Assembly (NCBI GenBank): GCA_045565695.1
Contig: JBJLEZ010000010.1
Coordinates: 2,001-66,000 of the forward strand
Origin: Coraliomargaritaceae bacterium
GTDB lineage: Bacteria > Verrucomicrobiota > Verrucomicrobiia > Opitutales > Coraliomargaritaceae
Direction of reading: 5' to 3'
DNA length: 64,000 nt
Under the pieces are notes generated by a model. The model was given only the letters and a program-made list of their open reading frames with translations. It was not told where the DNA came from and did no database searches. A program made the position numbers and the translations under genes. Positions 50,459-61,021 of the stretch are shown here, in pieces; within the stretch, counting starts at the first letter, position 1, and the number at the start of each line of letters is the position of its first letter.

Positions 50459-51964
50459 ATGAAACCCCTGTTTTTAATCTTACCGCTTAGTTTTGCCACC
50501 ATGTTTAGCTTATCATCAGCCTCTTTTGCATCAGTGGAAATTTACCAAACGGGGCGAGCAGGCGACCGCTTAGAGAAGATTGAATCTTTGAAGGGCTTTG
50601 CTCAAACCGATCATACGCTAAAGGTGAATCCAGAGAATCGGTTCCAAACAATTGTAGGCTTCGGCGGTGCCTTTACTGAGGCAGGGGCGCATGCTTTGAG
50701 TGAGTTGTCCGGAGAGAAGCGTGCGGAGGTGCTTAGGGATTATTTTTCACCTGAAGGAGCGCATTTGTCTTTGACTCGTACCCATATCGCAAGTTGTGAT
50801 TTTTCTTTAAAGAATTATACCTATGCTCCGGTGCCGGGAGATGTGGAGCTTAAGCATTTTAGCATCGCACCAGATTATCCGTTTCTTTTACCAATGATTC
50901 AAGATGCCTTGAAGGTCGCGGGTGCGGATTTTAAAATCATGGCATCGCCTTGGACTTGCCCACCATGGATGAAAACCAATAACCATTGGAATGGGGGCGA
51001 ACTGAAAAAGGAATACTATTCAGTCTTTGCTGACTATTTTGTTGAGTATATTGAAGCTTACAGACAAGAGGGCGTGGAGATCTGGGGGTTAACACCAACC
51101 AATGAACCTTTGGGCAATAATTCCAGTTGGGAGTCGGTACATTTCACGGCTGAAGAGATGCGAGATTTTATCGGCGAGCATTTGGGCCCAAAATTGGACG
51201 CAGCTGGATTGGATATGAGTATTTGGGCCTTTGACCAAAACCGTGACCACGAGATGCTACATTGGGCAGAAACCATTTATTCAGATGAAAAAGCATCCTC
51301 TTATGTGGATGGTATGGCGGTGCATTGGTACCAAAGTACAGTGGATGTGGGTGGTGAGAATTTAGATGCAATGCATGGACAATTTCCGAATAAAGGTATT
51401 ATCCACTCAGAAGGCTGTATCGACAATATCGGGAATGACGAACCGATAGGGGCGATGCTTGAAGATGATTGGTATTTCCGTCCGGAGGCAACCGATTGGG
51501 GCTATATTTGGGCCTTACCTGAAAATAAAAAGAATCACCCAAAATACCGTCCTTTCTATCGCTATGTTCGTGATTTAATCCAAGGCTTTAATCATAATTT
51601 GAATGGGTGGATTGATTGGAATCTGGTCTTAAACACACGTGGTGGGCCAAACCATGCGTTTAACTTTTGTGGGGCTCCAATCTTGGTGGATAGTGGTACC
51701 AATTCAGCCTATTACACGCCCTTGTATTATGCGATTGCTCACTTCAGTAAGTTTGTTCGCCCAAATGCACAACGAATTGGATTCGATTTGAGTGATGACT
51801 CACCCTTATGGACAACCGCTTTCCTCAATGAAGATGGATCTATTGTTGTTGCACTCTTCAACCCTGAAGAGCAAGCGACTAGTTGCACGCTCAAGATTAA
51901 GGGAGCGAAGCAGTTGAAAGTAGCGATTGATGCACAAGCCTTGCAGACAATTGTTTTACGCTAA
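50459..51964 (+). CDS. Glycoside hydrolase family 30 (glucosylceramidase-like), secreted
   Basis: 501-aa ORF with a signal peptide, FGGAFTEAG, SPWTCPPWMK, and WGLTPTNEP (acid/base Glu region). Confidence 0.8.
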   Translation: MKPLFLILPLSFATMFSLSSASFASVEIYQTGRAGDRLEKIESLKGFAQTDHTLKVNPENRFQTIVGFGGAFTEAGAHALSELSGEKRAEVLRDYFSPEGAHLSLTRTHIASCDFSLKNYTYAPVPGDVELKHFSIAPDYPFLLPMIQDALKVAGADFKIMASPWTCPPWMKTNNHWNGGELKKEYYSVFADYFVEYIEAYRQEGVEIWGLTPTNEPLGNNSSWESVHFTAEEMRDFIGEHLGPKLDAAGLDMSIWAFDQNRDHEMLHWAETIYSDEKASSYVDGMAVHWYQSTVDVGGENLDAMHGQFPNKGIIHSEGCIDNIGNDEPIGAMLEDDWYFRPEATDWGYIWALPENKKNHPKYRPFYRYVRDLIQGFNHNLNGWIDWNLVLNTRGGPNHAFNFCGAPILVDSGTNSAYYTPLYYAIAHFSKFVRPNAQRIGFDLSDDSPLWTTAFLNEDGSIVVALFNPEEQATSCTLKIKGAKQLKVAIDAQALQTIVLR

Positions 51965-51999
51965 TTAAGTCGGTCAGTAAGTGGTTAGGTAAAGTGAGC

Positions 52000-52033
52000 A
52001 AAAAAAAGCCCATTGATATTCTCAATGAGCTTT
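52000..52033 (-). terminator. Rho-independent terminator after slyD (weakly bidirectional)
   Basis: Stem agcccattga (52007-52016) pairs with tcaatgagct (52022-52031) with one mismatch. An A8 run on the plus strand gives a T8 run after the hairpin on the minus strand. Confidence 0.6.
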
Positions 52034-52056
52034 AGAAAAATGTGTGTTAGTGAGTT

Positions 52057-52590
52057 TTAGCTACAGCCGCAAGAACCGCCTTCTGAGTTTTCACCATCGC
52101 CACCGCCGCAGCAACCGCCTGATTGTTCGGTATGGATGTGTCCATTCTCAAGTTCTTCAGCAGTTGCTTCTCTGACTTCCTCAACTTTAACTGAAAAATT
52201 AAGAGTTTGTCCTGCCAGTGGGTGATTGCCATCAACTGTGACAACATCATCAGCCACTTTAGTCACGACCACCGGAACAGGGCCTTGTTCAGTGCTTGCT
52301 TGAAAACGCATACCAACTTCGAGTGTTTCAACTCCTTGAAAATGTTCTTTAGGAACTTCTTGAATCAAAGCTGGATTCACAGTGCCGTATGCATTTTCTG
52401 GTTCAACGGATACATCAAGTGCATCACCTACCGATTTGTCCAAAAGGGCGGATTCCAAACCCGGAATAATATTCCTATGTCCATGTAAATAATTGAGTGG
52501 CTGCCCTTCAGAGGACTGATCAATGATAGTTCCTTCAGAATTTTTTAAAGTATACTGAATGGAGACGACTGAATTGTTAGCTATTTGCAT
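52057..52590 (-). CDS. slyD: FKBP-type peptidyl-prolyl isomerase SlyD with a Cys/Gly-rich C-terminal tail
   Basis: 177-aa ORF with the FKBP and IF domain pattern (NSVVSIQYTLKN..., NHPLAGQTLNF) and the tail GGCCGGGDGENSEGGSCGCS. Confidence 0.85.
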   Translation of the reverse strand: MQIANNSVVSIQYTLKNSEGTIIDQSSEGQPLNYLHGHRNIIPGLESALLDKSVGDALDVSVEPENAYGTVNPALIQEVPKEHFQGVETLEVGMRFQASTEQGPVPVVVTKVADDVVTVDGNHPLAGQTLNFSVKVEEVREATAEELENGHIHTEQSGGCCGGGDGENSEGGSCGCS

Positions 52591-52746
52591 AATGATATTG
52601 TTGATTAAAATTGGTGATAGTTGCTTAGAGTCTTAATTGAGAAATATTTTTAAAATATGGTATCCTTTTATATCGCTTTGAGTTACTTTATCTTACGCCT
52701 TTCTTTAAAAAGTTTTGGAATTTAAAGGGCAAGTTAGCGATAAAGA

Positions 52747-52835
<89 letters not shown>

Positions 52836-52943
52836 AGTCAGTTAAGAAATAAAATAGCTAGGGATTGTGAGACAACTTGCAAGCAGTTTATTAAGGAATT
52901 TTTTAAATCGCTTTTGTTGAGTAGATGCTTGTAGGGTGCTGTA

Positions 52944-53291
52944 GTGAGTTTCGAAGCAATTATTTCAGGAGCAATTCCTTCTTATAAAATAGCCGAGAAT
53001 GAAGCCTATTTAGCGTTTCTTGAAAAGACTCCTTTAGCCATGGGGCATATCGTAGTGATACCCAAAGAGAAGTCAGAGTCTATTTTTGATATGGAAGATA
53101 GGGCTTTGTCTAGTCTCCATATCTTTGCGAAGGAGGTGGCTTTAAAGCTTGAAGCTGCGATTCCTTGTCAGCGTATCGGTATGGCAGTGATCGGCTTGAA
53201 AGTGGCTTATGCCCATATTCATTTGATTCCCTTGCAGACGGTTGAGGATATTAATTTCACTCGAAAGAAATTATCCCCGACTGAGGATTAA
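52944..53291 (+). CDS. HIT-family (histidine triad) protein
   Basis: 115-aa ORF with a GTG start, GHIVVIPK, and the triad AHIHLIP. Confidence 0.8.
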   Translation: MSFEAIISGAIPSYKIAENEAYLAFLEKTPLAMGHIVVIPKEKSESIFDMEDRALSSLHIFAKEVALKLEAAIPCQRIGMAVIGLKVAYAHIHLIPLQTVEDINFTRKKLSPTED

Positions 53292-53486
53292 TTGAAAGCG
53301 ATTTGGAAATCTATCGTTAAAGAATAGGCTCGGGCGGAGCACACGATCTTGAGATTCTTTAACGGCTGAATCAGGTAATCCCACAAGTATGTATCTGAGT
53401 TCACCTCGCTCACCACTATTGACTTCGATAGTTATGACTGCGGCTTGAACCCCTATAAGGGCTACTGAATACGTGACAGCTAACAT
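53271..53486 (-). pseudogene. Remnant of comM/yifB (Mg-chelatase-like ATPase): N-terminal roughly 70 codons only
   Basis: MLAVTYSVALIGVQAAVITIEVNSGERGELRYILVGLPDSAVKESQDRV... matches the conserved N-terminus of roughly 500-aa ComM/YifB proteins. The frame stops after 71 aa, inside the 3' end of the HIT gene. Confidence 0.6.
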
Positions 53487-53534
53487 AAGAAAATCAGCAA
53501 AAATAAACTAATAGTAAAATAAGAGTTATGGGTA

Positions 53535-54206
53535 ATGGGGATAAGGGATTATTTAGCTATTTTAAATTACGTTATTATTTTTTCTCTTATTGTGTCGATC
53601 TTTTTCCCTAGATTTATTTGTATTGAGTGGTTGAAGATAGCAATTACAGGAGGAATTGGGTGCGGTAAGTCTACCGTGCTAGAATTTTTAAAGGCAAATG
53701 GTTTAGCTTGTTTGTCAACTGATTCAATTGTACGACAGTTATTAAGTGAGGATCTTTCAGTCGTTGAATCTGTCATTGAGCATTTTGGTTCTGAATGTAA
53801 AAATGAAGATGGTACTGTTGATAGAAGCCGAATAGCAAAAATTGTTTTTCAATCACATTCTGAGCTAGAATGGCTCGAATCTCTTTTGCACCCACTAGTG
53901 AAAGAGGCATATGTGGAATTTTTAAAAGATCATGATCAGAGTCCTGCAGTTGTTGAAATTCCTTTATTATTTGAAAAAAGGCTTGAAAAAGACTTCGATT
54001 TAAGTGTTTCTGTTATTTGTTCCGATGCTAATGCGAATAAACGCCTACTACTGAAAGGATATTCGGAAAGAGATATTACATTTCGCCGACAGCATCAGTT
54101 ATCCTGTTCTATCAAAGCAGAACGTTCTGATTTTGTTTTGAGTAATGATGGTTCTCTTAATTTTTTAGAACAACAAATGACTTCACTTTTATCCTACCTT
54201 AAGTAA
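53535..54206 (+). CDS. coaE: Dephospho-CoA kinase
   Basis: P-loop IAITGGIGCGKST. The track start at 53535 adds 32 hydrophobic residues. The in-frame TTG at 53631 gives a typical MKIAITGGIGCGKS start and is more likely. Confidence 0.85.
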   Translation: MGIRDYLAILNYVIIFSLIVSIFFPRFICIEWLKIAITGGIGCGKSTVLEFLKANGLACLSTDSIVRQLLSEDLSVVESVIEHFGSECKNEDGTVDRSRIAKIVFQSHSELEWLESLLHPLVKEAYVEFLKDHDQSPAVVEIPLLFEKRLEKDFDLSVSVICSDANANKRLLLKGYSERDITFRRQHQLSCSIKAERSDFVLSNDGSLNFLEQQMTSLLSYLK

Positions 54207-54306
54207 CACACAGTTTAGTGTCTAAGTTTTATCGTTCTTCCGCTGTGACCTCCAAAAGGAGACAGAAGACGACCCAAATAGTTTTTCATACACAATATTC
54301 TATACT

Positions 54307-56136
54307 ATGAGTAAAGATGATTTAAATCAAAATGAAGAATCGGTTTCGCAAATGAATGCCGATTCTGAGGAAGTAGCACCCAAGAAAAAAGCAGTGCGTA
54401 AAAAAACTGCGGTCAAAAAAGAAGCAGTGGATGCTACAGATACTAATGTAAATGTTGATGGGGGCTCGAATGGCCGATTTGAATTTTCCCCAGATGATGA
54501 ATCGGATCGATCTCATGAAGCTAATCAAGAAGGATCAACAGAAATGAAGTCTGCGGAAGCTTCAGGAGAAAAAGAGACCAACGCCAATGAAAATAGGTCA
54601 TTCAAAAAAAAGCATAATGAGGGTGGCAATAATCGCTCGAAAAATGCGAATCGGAATCATGATAGAGGTGGAAAAAATAACCGATCTAAGCGCTCGCAAA
54701 ACAATAATAAACGAGGTGGAAATCGTTCGAATGCACGCTGGCAGAAGAAAGGACGAGGAAACAGCAATGAACTCGATCTTATTGAATTTGATGCTTACCT
54801 AGGGAATGAGTCTTTGAAGACTTCTGAGTCCATCAAAGCATTACATACGGCTTTAGAAAGTTCCGATGAAGTATTTGATTATGATCATCTCTACAGCTTG
54901 GATTTGAATGAGCTTCGTGCCGAGTTAGGATCAGCCTCTATTGATACAGAAGGGCTCAATAATCGACAAAGTATGATTCAGGCATTATTGAATAAAGCGT
55001 TTGAAGCTAAACAAAAGGTAGTGACTACAGGAGTCTTAGATATTCCAGAGGATGGGCTAGGCGGTTTCTTGGTTTATGAAATTGATAGTTATCGAATTAA
55101 ACTTTTGAACGCTTATGTACCACAGGCCTTTATTGAGCACTTTGGATTGCAGAAGGGACATATTATCAAGGCAGAATTACACCAAAAATTAGAGGGTGCT
55201 AATTGTTGCTTTGCGGTGAATATCGAAACGGTAATGGACGAAGCACCCGAAAAAGTTGCAGAGTGGGAAACCTTTACGGATCGAATTCCTTATTATCCGC
55301 TAGATCGCATTATTTTGGAGTCAGATATTGTACCAGATAAAGAAAATTTGCCGATGCGAGTTGTGGATTGCTTAACGCCGATTGGGTTTGGTCAGAGAGG
55401 CTTAATCGTAGCGCCACCGAGAACTGGTAAGACCGTACTGATGCAGGGCATTGCGAATTCTTTACAAATTAATTACCCAGAAGCTCATTTGATTATTTTA
55501 TTGATCGACGAGCGTCCGGAAGAAGTGACAGATTTTAAACGGAAGGTGAAGGGTGAAGTAATTAGCTCAACCTTTGATGAATCAGCAGATAGTCATGTGC
55601 ATGCTGCCGAAGTAGTGATTGAGAAGGCTCGTCGTATGGTTGAGGTTGGAAAGGATGTGATCATTCTTTTGGATTCTATCACACGTTTGGCTCGTGCCTA
55701 CAATACGGCAATGCCGAGTTCAGGTAAGATTCTTTCTGGTGGTGTTGAAGCAAATGCTTTACAGTTACCTAAGCGTTTCTTTGGTTCTGCTAGAAATATC
55801 GAAGATGGTGGAAGTTTAACTATTATAGCAACTGCTCTAGTGGAAACGGGTAGTAAGATGGATGAAGTGATTTTTGAGGAATTTAAGGGAACTGGTAACA
55901 TGGAACTTCACCTAGATCGTGCCTTATCGGATAAGCGAATTTTCCCTGCTTTGAGTATGGATAAGAGTGGTACTCGTAAAGAGGAACTTTTATACCACCC
56001 TGATGAGATTCAAAAAATTTATTCCTTACGCCGTGCAATGAAAGGAATTCCATCTGAGGATGCGATGGAAATGTTAATTCAGAGAATCAAAAAGACTTCT
56101 ACAAATGTAGAATTTTTGATGAGTGTTGCTCGATAA
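54307..56136 (+). CDS. rho: Transcription termination factor Rho with a roughly 190-aa N-terminal extension
   Basis: 609-aa ORF. The canonical Rho core starts at about aa 196 ([10 protein letters not shown]...) with [17 protein letters not shown] and [11 protein letters not shown]. The first roughly 160 aa are acidic and then Asn/Arg/Gly/Lys-rich. Confidence 0.92.
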   Translation: MSKDDLNQNEESVSQMNADSEEVAPKKKAVRKKTAVKKEAVDATDTNVNVDGGSNGRFEFSPDDESDRSHEANQEGSTEMKSAEASGEKETNANENRSFKKKHNEGGNNRSKNANRNHDRGGKNNRSKRSQNNNKRGGNRSNARWQKKGRGNSNELDLIEFDAYLGNESLKTSESIKALHTALESSDEVFDYDHLYSLDLNELRAELGSASIDTEGLNNRQSMIQALLNKAFEAKQKVVTTGVLDIPEDGLGGFLVYEIDSYRIKLLNAYVPQAFIEHFGLQKGHIIKAELHQKLEGANCCFAVNIETVMDEAPEKVAEWETFTDRIPYYPLDRIILESDIVPDKENLPMRVVDCLTPIGFGQRGLIVAPPRTGKTVLMQGIANSLQINYPEAHLIILLIDERPEEVTDFKRKVKGEVISSTFDESADSHVHAAEVVIEKARRMVEVGKDVIILLDSITRLARAYNTAMPSSGKILSGGVEANALQLPKRFFGSARNIEDGGSLTIIATALVETGSKMDEVIFEEFKGTGNMELHLDRALSDKRIFPALSMDKSGTRKEELLYHPDEIQKIYSLRRAMKGIPSEDAMEMLIQRIKKTSTNVEFLMSVAR

Positions 56137-56248
56137 GGAAAAAGTTTAGGGTAATTTTGGAAAAAATTACATAAAATTACACATTTACTTGATTAAATAG
56201 GCAATTTTGTATTTTGCTGTTACCTTAACATTTCTAAAACCCCTTTAA

Positions 56249-57955
56249 ATGACATCGGACGACGGATTTATAATTGATCTCCTCATAAAAAAAAATGCAG
56301 CCACTGACATTGCGGTTCAATCTGCTCGAGAGGCTATTGAGGAAGAGGGTAATGTTGTTACAGATACTACATTACTTGAACGTCTTACAGATGATTTAAA
56401 TCTTCCTACTGAGCAAGTTTTGCTCATGCTTTCGGAAGAATTCAATATGGAAATGGGCCATGTTAATGAAGTACTTTTGGCTGACGAAATTAAGGAATTT
56501 TTTCCCTATACGATAGTTCAAAAATATAAGATTTTTCCTATCGCAATTAACGATGCTGAAGCGGAGATCGCGATTTCCGATCCATTTAATTTAGATACGA
56601 TTGATAACATCAGTTATATGTTGAATCGCCCGCTGATTGTGCGTTTGTGTTCTTTAAGCGATATCGAGAGTGCGATTAATACGAATTATGACGAAAGTTT
56701 AGACTCTATCAATGCAGCATTTGCTTCTGCAACTGAGGCACTTTCTGGAGATGGGGCTCAGTCTGTGGTACTTGGAGAAGGTGAAGACAGTCCGATTGTT
56801 CGTTATGTTCAAACGGTGATTACTGAAGCACTTAATCGCAGAGCTTCAGATATTCATATGGAGCCGTTAGAAACTCGTTTTCGCATTCGCTTTCGGATAG
56901 ATGGTGTTTTACATGAAATTGAGAATCCGCCGAAGCGTTTACAGCCTACCTTGCTTTCGAGAATTAAATTGATGGCGAATGTGAGTATTGCGGAAAAGCG
57001 TATCCCTCAAGATGGTCGTATTGGTCTTGATGTAGGGAACAAATCAATTGATTTGCGTGTATCAGTTTTGCCGACTGCCCATGGTGAGAGTATTGTTATG
57101 CGTATTTTAGATAAGGAAGCTTTGAATCTCGGGCTCCCTCAGTTAGGCTTTTTTAGTGATGATCAAGCGAATTTTGAACGTGTGATTTCAATGCCCGATG
57201 GCGTATTTTTGGTGACTGGACCAACGGGATCAGGTAAATCAACCACTTTATATTCAGCCCTTAACTACATCAATCATCCAGATCGCAAAATTATTACAGT
57301 TGAAGATCCTGTTGAATATGAAATGAGTGGGATCAATCAAGTGGGCGTGAAGCGTGACGTTGGCATGACTTTTTCGGCGGCTTTACGTTCGATGCTTCGA
57401 CAGGCACCGAATATTATTATGGTGGGTGAGATTCGAGATAAAGAGACTGCAGAAATTGCGATTAATGCTTCGCTTACAGGGCACATGGTATTCAGTACTT
57501 TGCACACCAATGATGCACCGAGTGCCGTGAGTCGTTTAGTTGATATTGGGATAAAGCCTTTCTTGGTGTCTGCATCGATTCGCTCAGTCTTGGCTCAAAG
57601 ACTTGTTCGTAGGATATGTCCAAAATGTAAAGAGAGTACAGTTCCTGAAGGGCGTTTATTGAATTCTTTAGGCATACGTCCAGATCAAATATCAAATGCT
57701 ACTTTCATGACTGGTACGGGTTGTGAACATTGTAACAACACGGGATTTCGAGGGCGAGTAGGGGTTTTTGAAATGTTTAATATCAATGAAGAGATTGAAC
57801 AGATGATTTACGAAGAAGTGAGTCTAGTAGCCCTAAGGGAGCGTTCTCGTGAGATGGGTATGCGAACCATGCGTGAAGATGGTATTCGTAAAGTTTTGGC
57901 GGGTGTAACGACTCCAGATGAAGTCCTGAAAACCACAGTGAACAATTCAATTTAA
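56249..57955 (+). CDS. GspE/PilB-family secretion ATPase, paralog 1
   Basis: 568-aa ORF with an N-terminal T2SS-E N-domain, Walker [22 protein letters not shown], and the tetracysteine CPKC...CEHC. Confidence 0.88.
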   Translation: MTSDDGFIIDLLIKKNAATDIAVQSAREAIEEEGNVVTDTTLLERLTDDLNLPTEQVLLMLSEEFNMEMGHVNEVLLADEIKEFFPYTIVQKYKIFPIAINDAEAEIAISDPFNLDTIDNISYMLNRPLIVRLCSLSDIESAINTNYDESLDSINAAFASATEALSGDGAQSVVLGEGEDSPIVRYVQTVITEALNRRASDIHMEPLETRFRIRFRIDGVLHEIENPPKRLQPTLLSRIKLMANVSIAEKRIPQDGRIGLDVGNKSIDLRVSVLPTAHGESIVMRILDKEALNLGLPQLGFFSDDQANFERVISMPDGVFLVTGPTGSGKSTTLYSALNYINHPDRKIITVEDPVEYEMSGINQVGVKRDVGMTFSAALRSMLRQAPNIIMVGEIRDKETAEIAINASLTGHMVFSTLHTNDAPSAVSRLVDIGIKPFLVSASIRSVLAQRLVRRICPKCKESTVPEGRLLNSLGIRPDQISNATFMTGTGCEHCNNTGFRGRVGVFEMFNINEEIEQMIYEEVSLVALRERSREMGMRTMREDGIRKVLAGVTTPDEVLKTTVNNSI

Positions 57956-57983
57956 AGAGAATTTTAATTTAACCTAATAAGCG

Positions 57984-59672
57984 ATGTTTGAAGATCATAA
58001 CGATTCCATATACGAGATTTTAAAATCGGCTCCAAATATTGACTCGGCTTTATTAATGGAGCTGAGAGAGAACTTTATTCAAACAGGTAAATCCCTTGCG
58101 GATTCTTCAATAGATGGAGATTTATTGAAACGTGAAGAATTGTTGAAAATGTCTGCAGACTATTTGGACTGCGAATATGATAATGATTTACCAGAGTTTG
58201 TTCCTACGGAATTGGCAGAAATATTAACTCCATCGGTTGCCTTGATGTATGGGGTTATTCCAGATAAGGTAACAGAAAATAGTGTAACATTCTTTGCGGT
58301 CGATCCTTTCAATGGTCACATCATTAGCGACCTTACCTTTAAGCTTAATAAAGATGTTATTTTAAAGGTTGCTGATCCAGACAAGGTTGAAAAATTACTT
58401 AATACCACTTACGAGGATGAAAATGCCTCGGTAGGGGAATTGCTGGGTGAAATTGGAAGTGGTTTCGATGTTAAAGAAGAGGGGATATCAGATAACGAAT
58501 TATCTGATTTGGCGAATCAAACGCCGATCATTCGTTTTGTAAATTTAGTGCTTAAACAAGCGATTAAGGATAAGGCATCAGACGTTCATTTTGAGCCTTA
58601 CGAAGATATGTTCCGCATCCGTTATCGGATTGATGGGGCTTTATATGAAATGGCTCCTCCGCCAAAAAATTTAGCGGTTCCTGTGATTTCCCGTATTAAA
58701 GTTTTATCCAATATGAATATTTCTGAGAATCGAATTCCTCAGGATGGACGTATTAAAATGACGATTGCAGGTCGTCCCGTAGATCTTCGTGTGTCGACTT
58801 TGCCAACGGCTTATGGTGAGAGTGTTGTGCTTCGTATTTTAGACAAATCCGTTGTGAATTTGGATTTAGAGGCTTTGAGTTTGCCAACAGATATCATGAA
58901 TTCGATTCGTGATTTGGTGGTGAGACCGAATGGTATTTTTGTTGTCACAGGACCAACGGGATCCGGTAAAACAACCACCTTGTATAGTGCTTTAAGGGAA
59001 GTGAATCAGGTAGATACAAAAATTTTAACTGCTGAAGATCCTGTCGAGTATGAGGTTGATGGGATTATGCAGGTTGCGGTGAATCACCAAGTGGGCTTGG
59101 ACTTTTCTAAGGCACTTCGTTCTTTCCTTCGTCAAGATCCTGATAAAATTATGATTGGGGAAATACGGGACCTTGAAACAGCACAAATTGCAGTGCAAGC
59201 CTCTCTAACGGGTCACGTTGTATTGAGTACTCTGCACACTAATGATGCACCAGGGGCTGTAACTCGATTGATCGATATGGGTCTAGAGCCATTTTTAATA
59301 TCTGCATCTCTTGAAGCTGTATTAGCTCAACGTTTGGTTCGCCGTATTTGCCGTAAGTGCAGACGTTCGTATGAGCCAAGCCAAGATATAATGGATGTTT
59401 TAGATGTAGATCCTCTAGAAATTGCTGATAAGAATTTCTATTTTGGAGAAGGTTGTGAAGAATGCAGTCAAACTGGTTACAAAGGACGAATTGGTTTATT
59501 TGAAATGATTATGGTCTCTGATTCTATTCGTGATCTGATTAATAATCGTGCTCCAACTTTACAAATTCGTCAAAAGGCTCTTGAGCAAGGTATGCGTGGT
59601 TTGAGAGATGATGGGCTTCGTTCTACTTTTGACGGAAATACCACAATTGAAGAAGTATTAAAGTACACCTAA
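57984..59672 (+). CDS. GspE/PilB-family secretion ATPase, paralog 2
   Basis: 562-aa ORF with the same architecture: [25 protein letters not shown]...CEEC. Confidence 0.88.
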   Translation: MFEDHNDSIYEILKSAPNIDSALLMELRENFIQTGKSLADSSIDGDLLKREELLKMSADYLDCEYDNDLPEFVPTELAEILTPSVALMYGVIPDKVTENSVTFFAVDPFNGHIISDLTFKLNKDVILKVADPDKVEKLLNTTYEDENASVGELLGEIGSGFDVKEEGISDNELSDLANQTPIIRFVNLVLKQAIKDKASDVHFEPYEDMFRIRYRIDGALYEMAPPPKNLAVPVISRIKVLSNMNISENRIPQDGRIKMTIAGRPVDLRVSTLPTAYGESVVLRILDKSVVNLDLEALSLPTDIMNSIRDLVVRPNGIFVVTGPTGSGKTTTLYSALREVNQVDTKILTAEDPVEYEVDGIMQVAVNHQVGLDFSKALRSFLRQDPDKIMIGEIRDLETAQIAVQASLTGHVVLSTLHTNDAPGAVTRLIDMGLEPFLISASLEAVLAQRLVRRICRKCRRSYEPSQDIMDVLDVDPLEIADKNFYFGEGCEECSQTGYKGRIGLFEMIMVSDSIRDLINNRAPTLQIRQKALEQGMRGLRDDGLRSTFDGNTTIEEVLKYT

Positions 59673-59679
59673 TTGTCTT

Positions 59680-60933
59680 ATGCCAAAATTTAAATATAAA
59701 ATAATCAAGAAAAGTGGAGCGAATAAATCAGGAACGATTGAAGCAAGTTCCACTGCTGAAGCAAAATCAAAACTGAGTGCTGGAGGCGATATGGTTATGA
59801 GTCTATCTGAGGTCGCAGGTAGTGGCGGTAAAAAGGTAGCAAGAAAATCAGCGAAAAAGGGTGGATCAGTTGGTCTATCTTTAGGTAAGATCATTAAGGA
59901 AGAAGAACTGACTGTCTTCACTCGCCAGTTAGCCACTTTATTAGAGGCGGGTTTGCCTTTACTTAAGTCAATTGACGTGATGATTCGTCAAGAGCCGAAC
60001 AAACGCTTTAAAGTTGTTTTAGAAAAGATTGGGGAAACCATTCGTTCAGGAAGTCCGTTTTCTGATGGATTAGCACAGCACCCAAAGGTCTTTGATCGCC
60101 TTTATGTCAACATGGTGAAAGCTGGAGAAGCCGGTGGTGTTTTAGAATTGGTGCTATCTCGTCTAGCTGGTTTTAAAGAAAAAGCGATGAAGACGAAGAA
60201 AAAGGTACAATCTGCTATGGTGTATCCCTTTGTTGTGATTGGTGTGGCTGTATCGATTGTAGTTATGCTGATGGTGGTTGTCGTGCCGAAGTTCCAAGGG
60301 ATTTTTGATGATATGCTTGGAGGTGCTGCCTTACCGTGGCCGACTCAATTAGTCATCAATATTAGTGATTTTTTACAAGAGCAAATTCTAGCTTCCATTT
60401 TAATCGTAGTCTCTACTTTTGTTCTCTTTAAACTATTTCTAAAATCTCCTTTTGGGTCTCGCCTATATAATGGCTTAGCCATTAATTTACCCAAGATCGG
60501 TGATCTTGTACGTAAAGTGAATATTGGTCGTATTACCCGTACTTTCGGTACTTTGCTATCCAGTGGTGTGCCAATTTTGCAGGCACTGAATATCACCAAA
60601 GATATTACGGATAATTATTACTACTCAAAAGCTTTAGAAAGAGTTCATGACAAAGTTCGTGATGGAGAGTCATTATCAGCGCCTATGGAGCTTGAATCAG
60701 TTTTTCCCAATATGGTGACTAGTATGGTGGATGTTGGTGAAGAAACTGGAGAGTTGGATAAAATGCTTAATCGAATAGCTGACAATTATGATGAGGATGT
60801 AGATAATGCTGTGGCCGGGATCACTTCAATTATTGAACCTATTATGATTGTCTTTCTTGCTCTTGCAGTTGGCTTTATTGTTATCGCTTTATTCTTGCCG
60901 ATAGTTGAGATTATCAAGCAGTTAACTGGCTGA
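59680..60933 (+). CDS. GspF/PilC-family inner-membrane platform protein
   Basis: 417-aa ORF with two GspF-type repeats ([31 protein letters not shown]) and three TM segments. Confidence 0.88.
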   Translation: MPKFKYKIIKKSGANKSGTIEASSTAEAKSKLSAGGDMVMSLSEVAGSGGKKVARKSAKKGGSVGLSLGKIIKEEELTVFTRQLATLLEAGLPLLKSIDVMIRQEPNKRFKVVLEKIGETIRSGSPFSDGLAQHPKVFDRLYVNMVKAGEAGGVLELVLSRLAGFKEKAMKTKKKVQSAMVYPFVVIGVAVSIVVMLMVVVVPKFQGIFDDMLGGAALPWPTQLVINISDFLQEQILASILIVVSTFVLFKLFLKSPFGSRLYNGLAINLPKIGDLVRKVNIGRITRTFGTLLSSGVPILQALNITKDITDNYYYSKALERVHDKVRDGESLSAPMELESVFPNMVTSMVDVGEETGELDKMLNRIADNYDEDVDNAVAGITSIIEPIMIVFLALAVGFIVIALFLPIVEIIKQLTG

Positions 60934-61021
60934 TGCTATAGAATGCGATCCCTTCGATCATCTTCTATTTTTTTAGATTATTGTATAGCCAAGGGGACGC
61001 TTTTTAATAGTTTTTTCTGAT

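Noticed and set aside
53535-53630. A hydrophobic 32-aa N-terminal extension of CoaE that could be read as a membrane anchor.
   Set aside because: An in-frame TTG at 53631 gives the canonical MKIAITGGIGCGKS start, so the extension is probably an ORF-caller artefact.
56150-56185. AT-rich hairpin gtaatttt-ggaa-aaaattac after rho, as a possible terminator.
   Set aside because: The stem is all A/T apart from one G-C pair, and no T-run follows. It is too weak to annotate.
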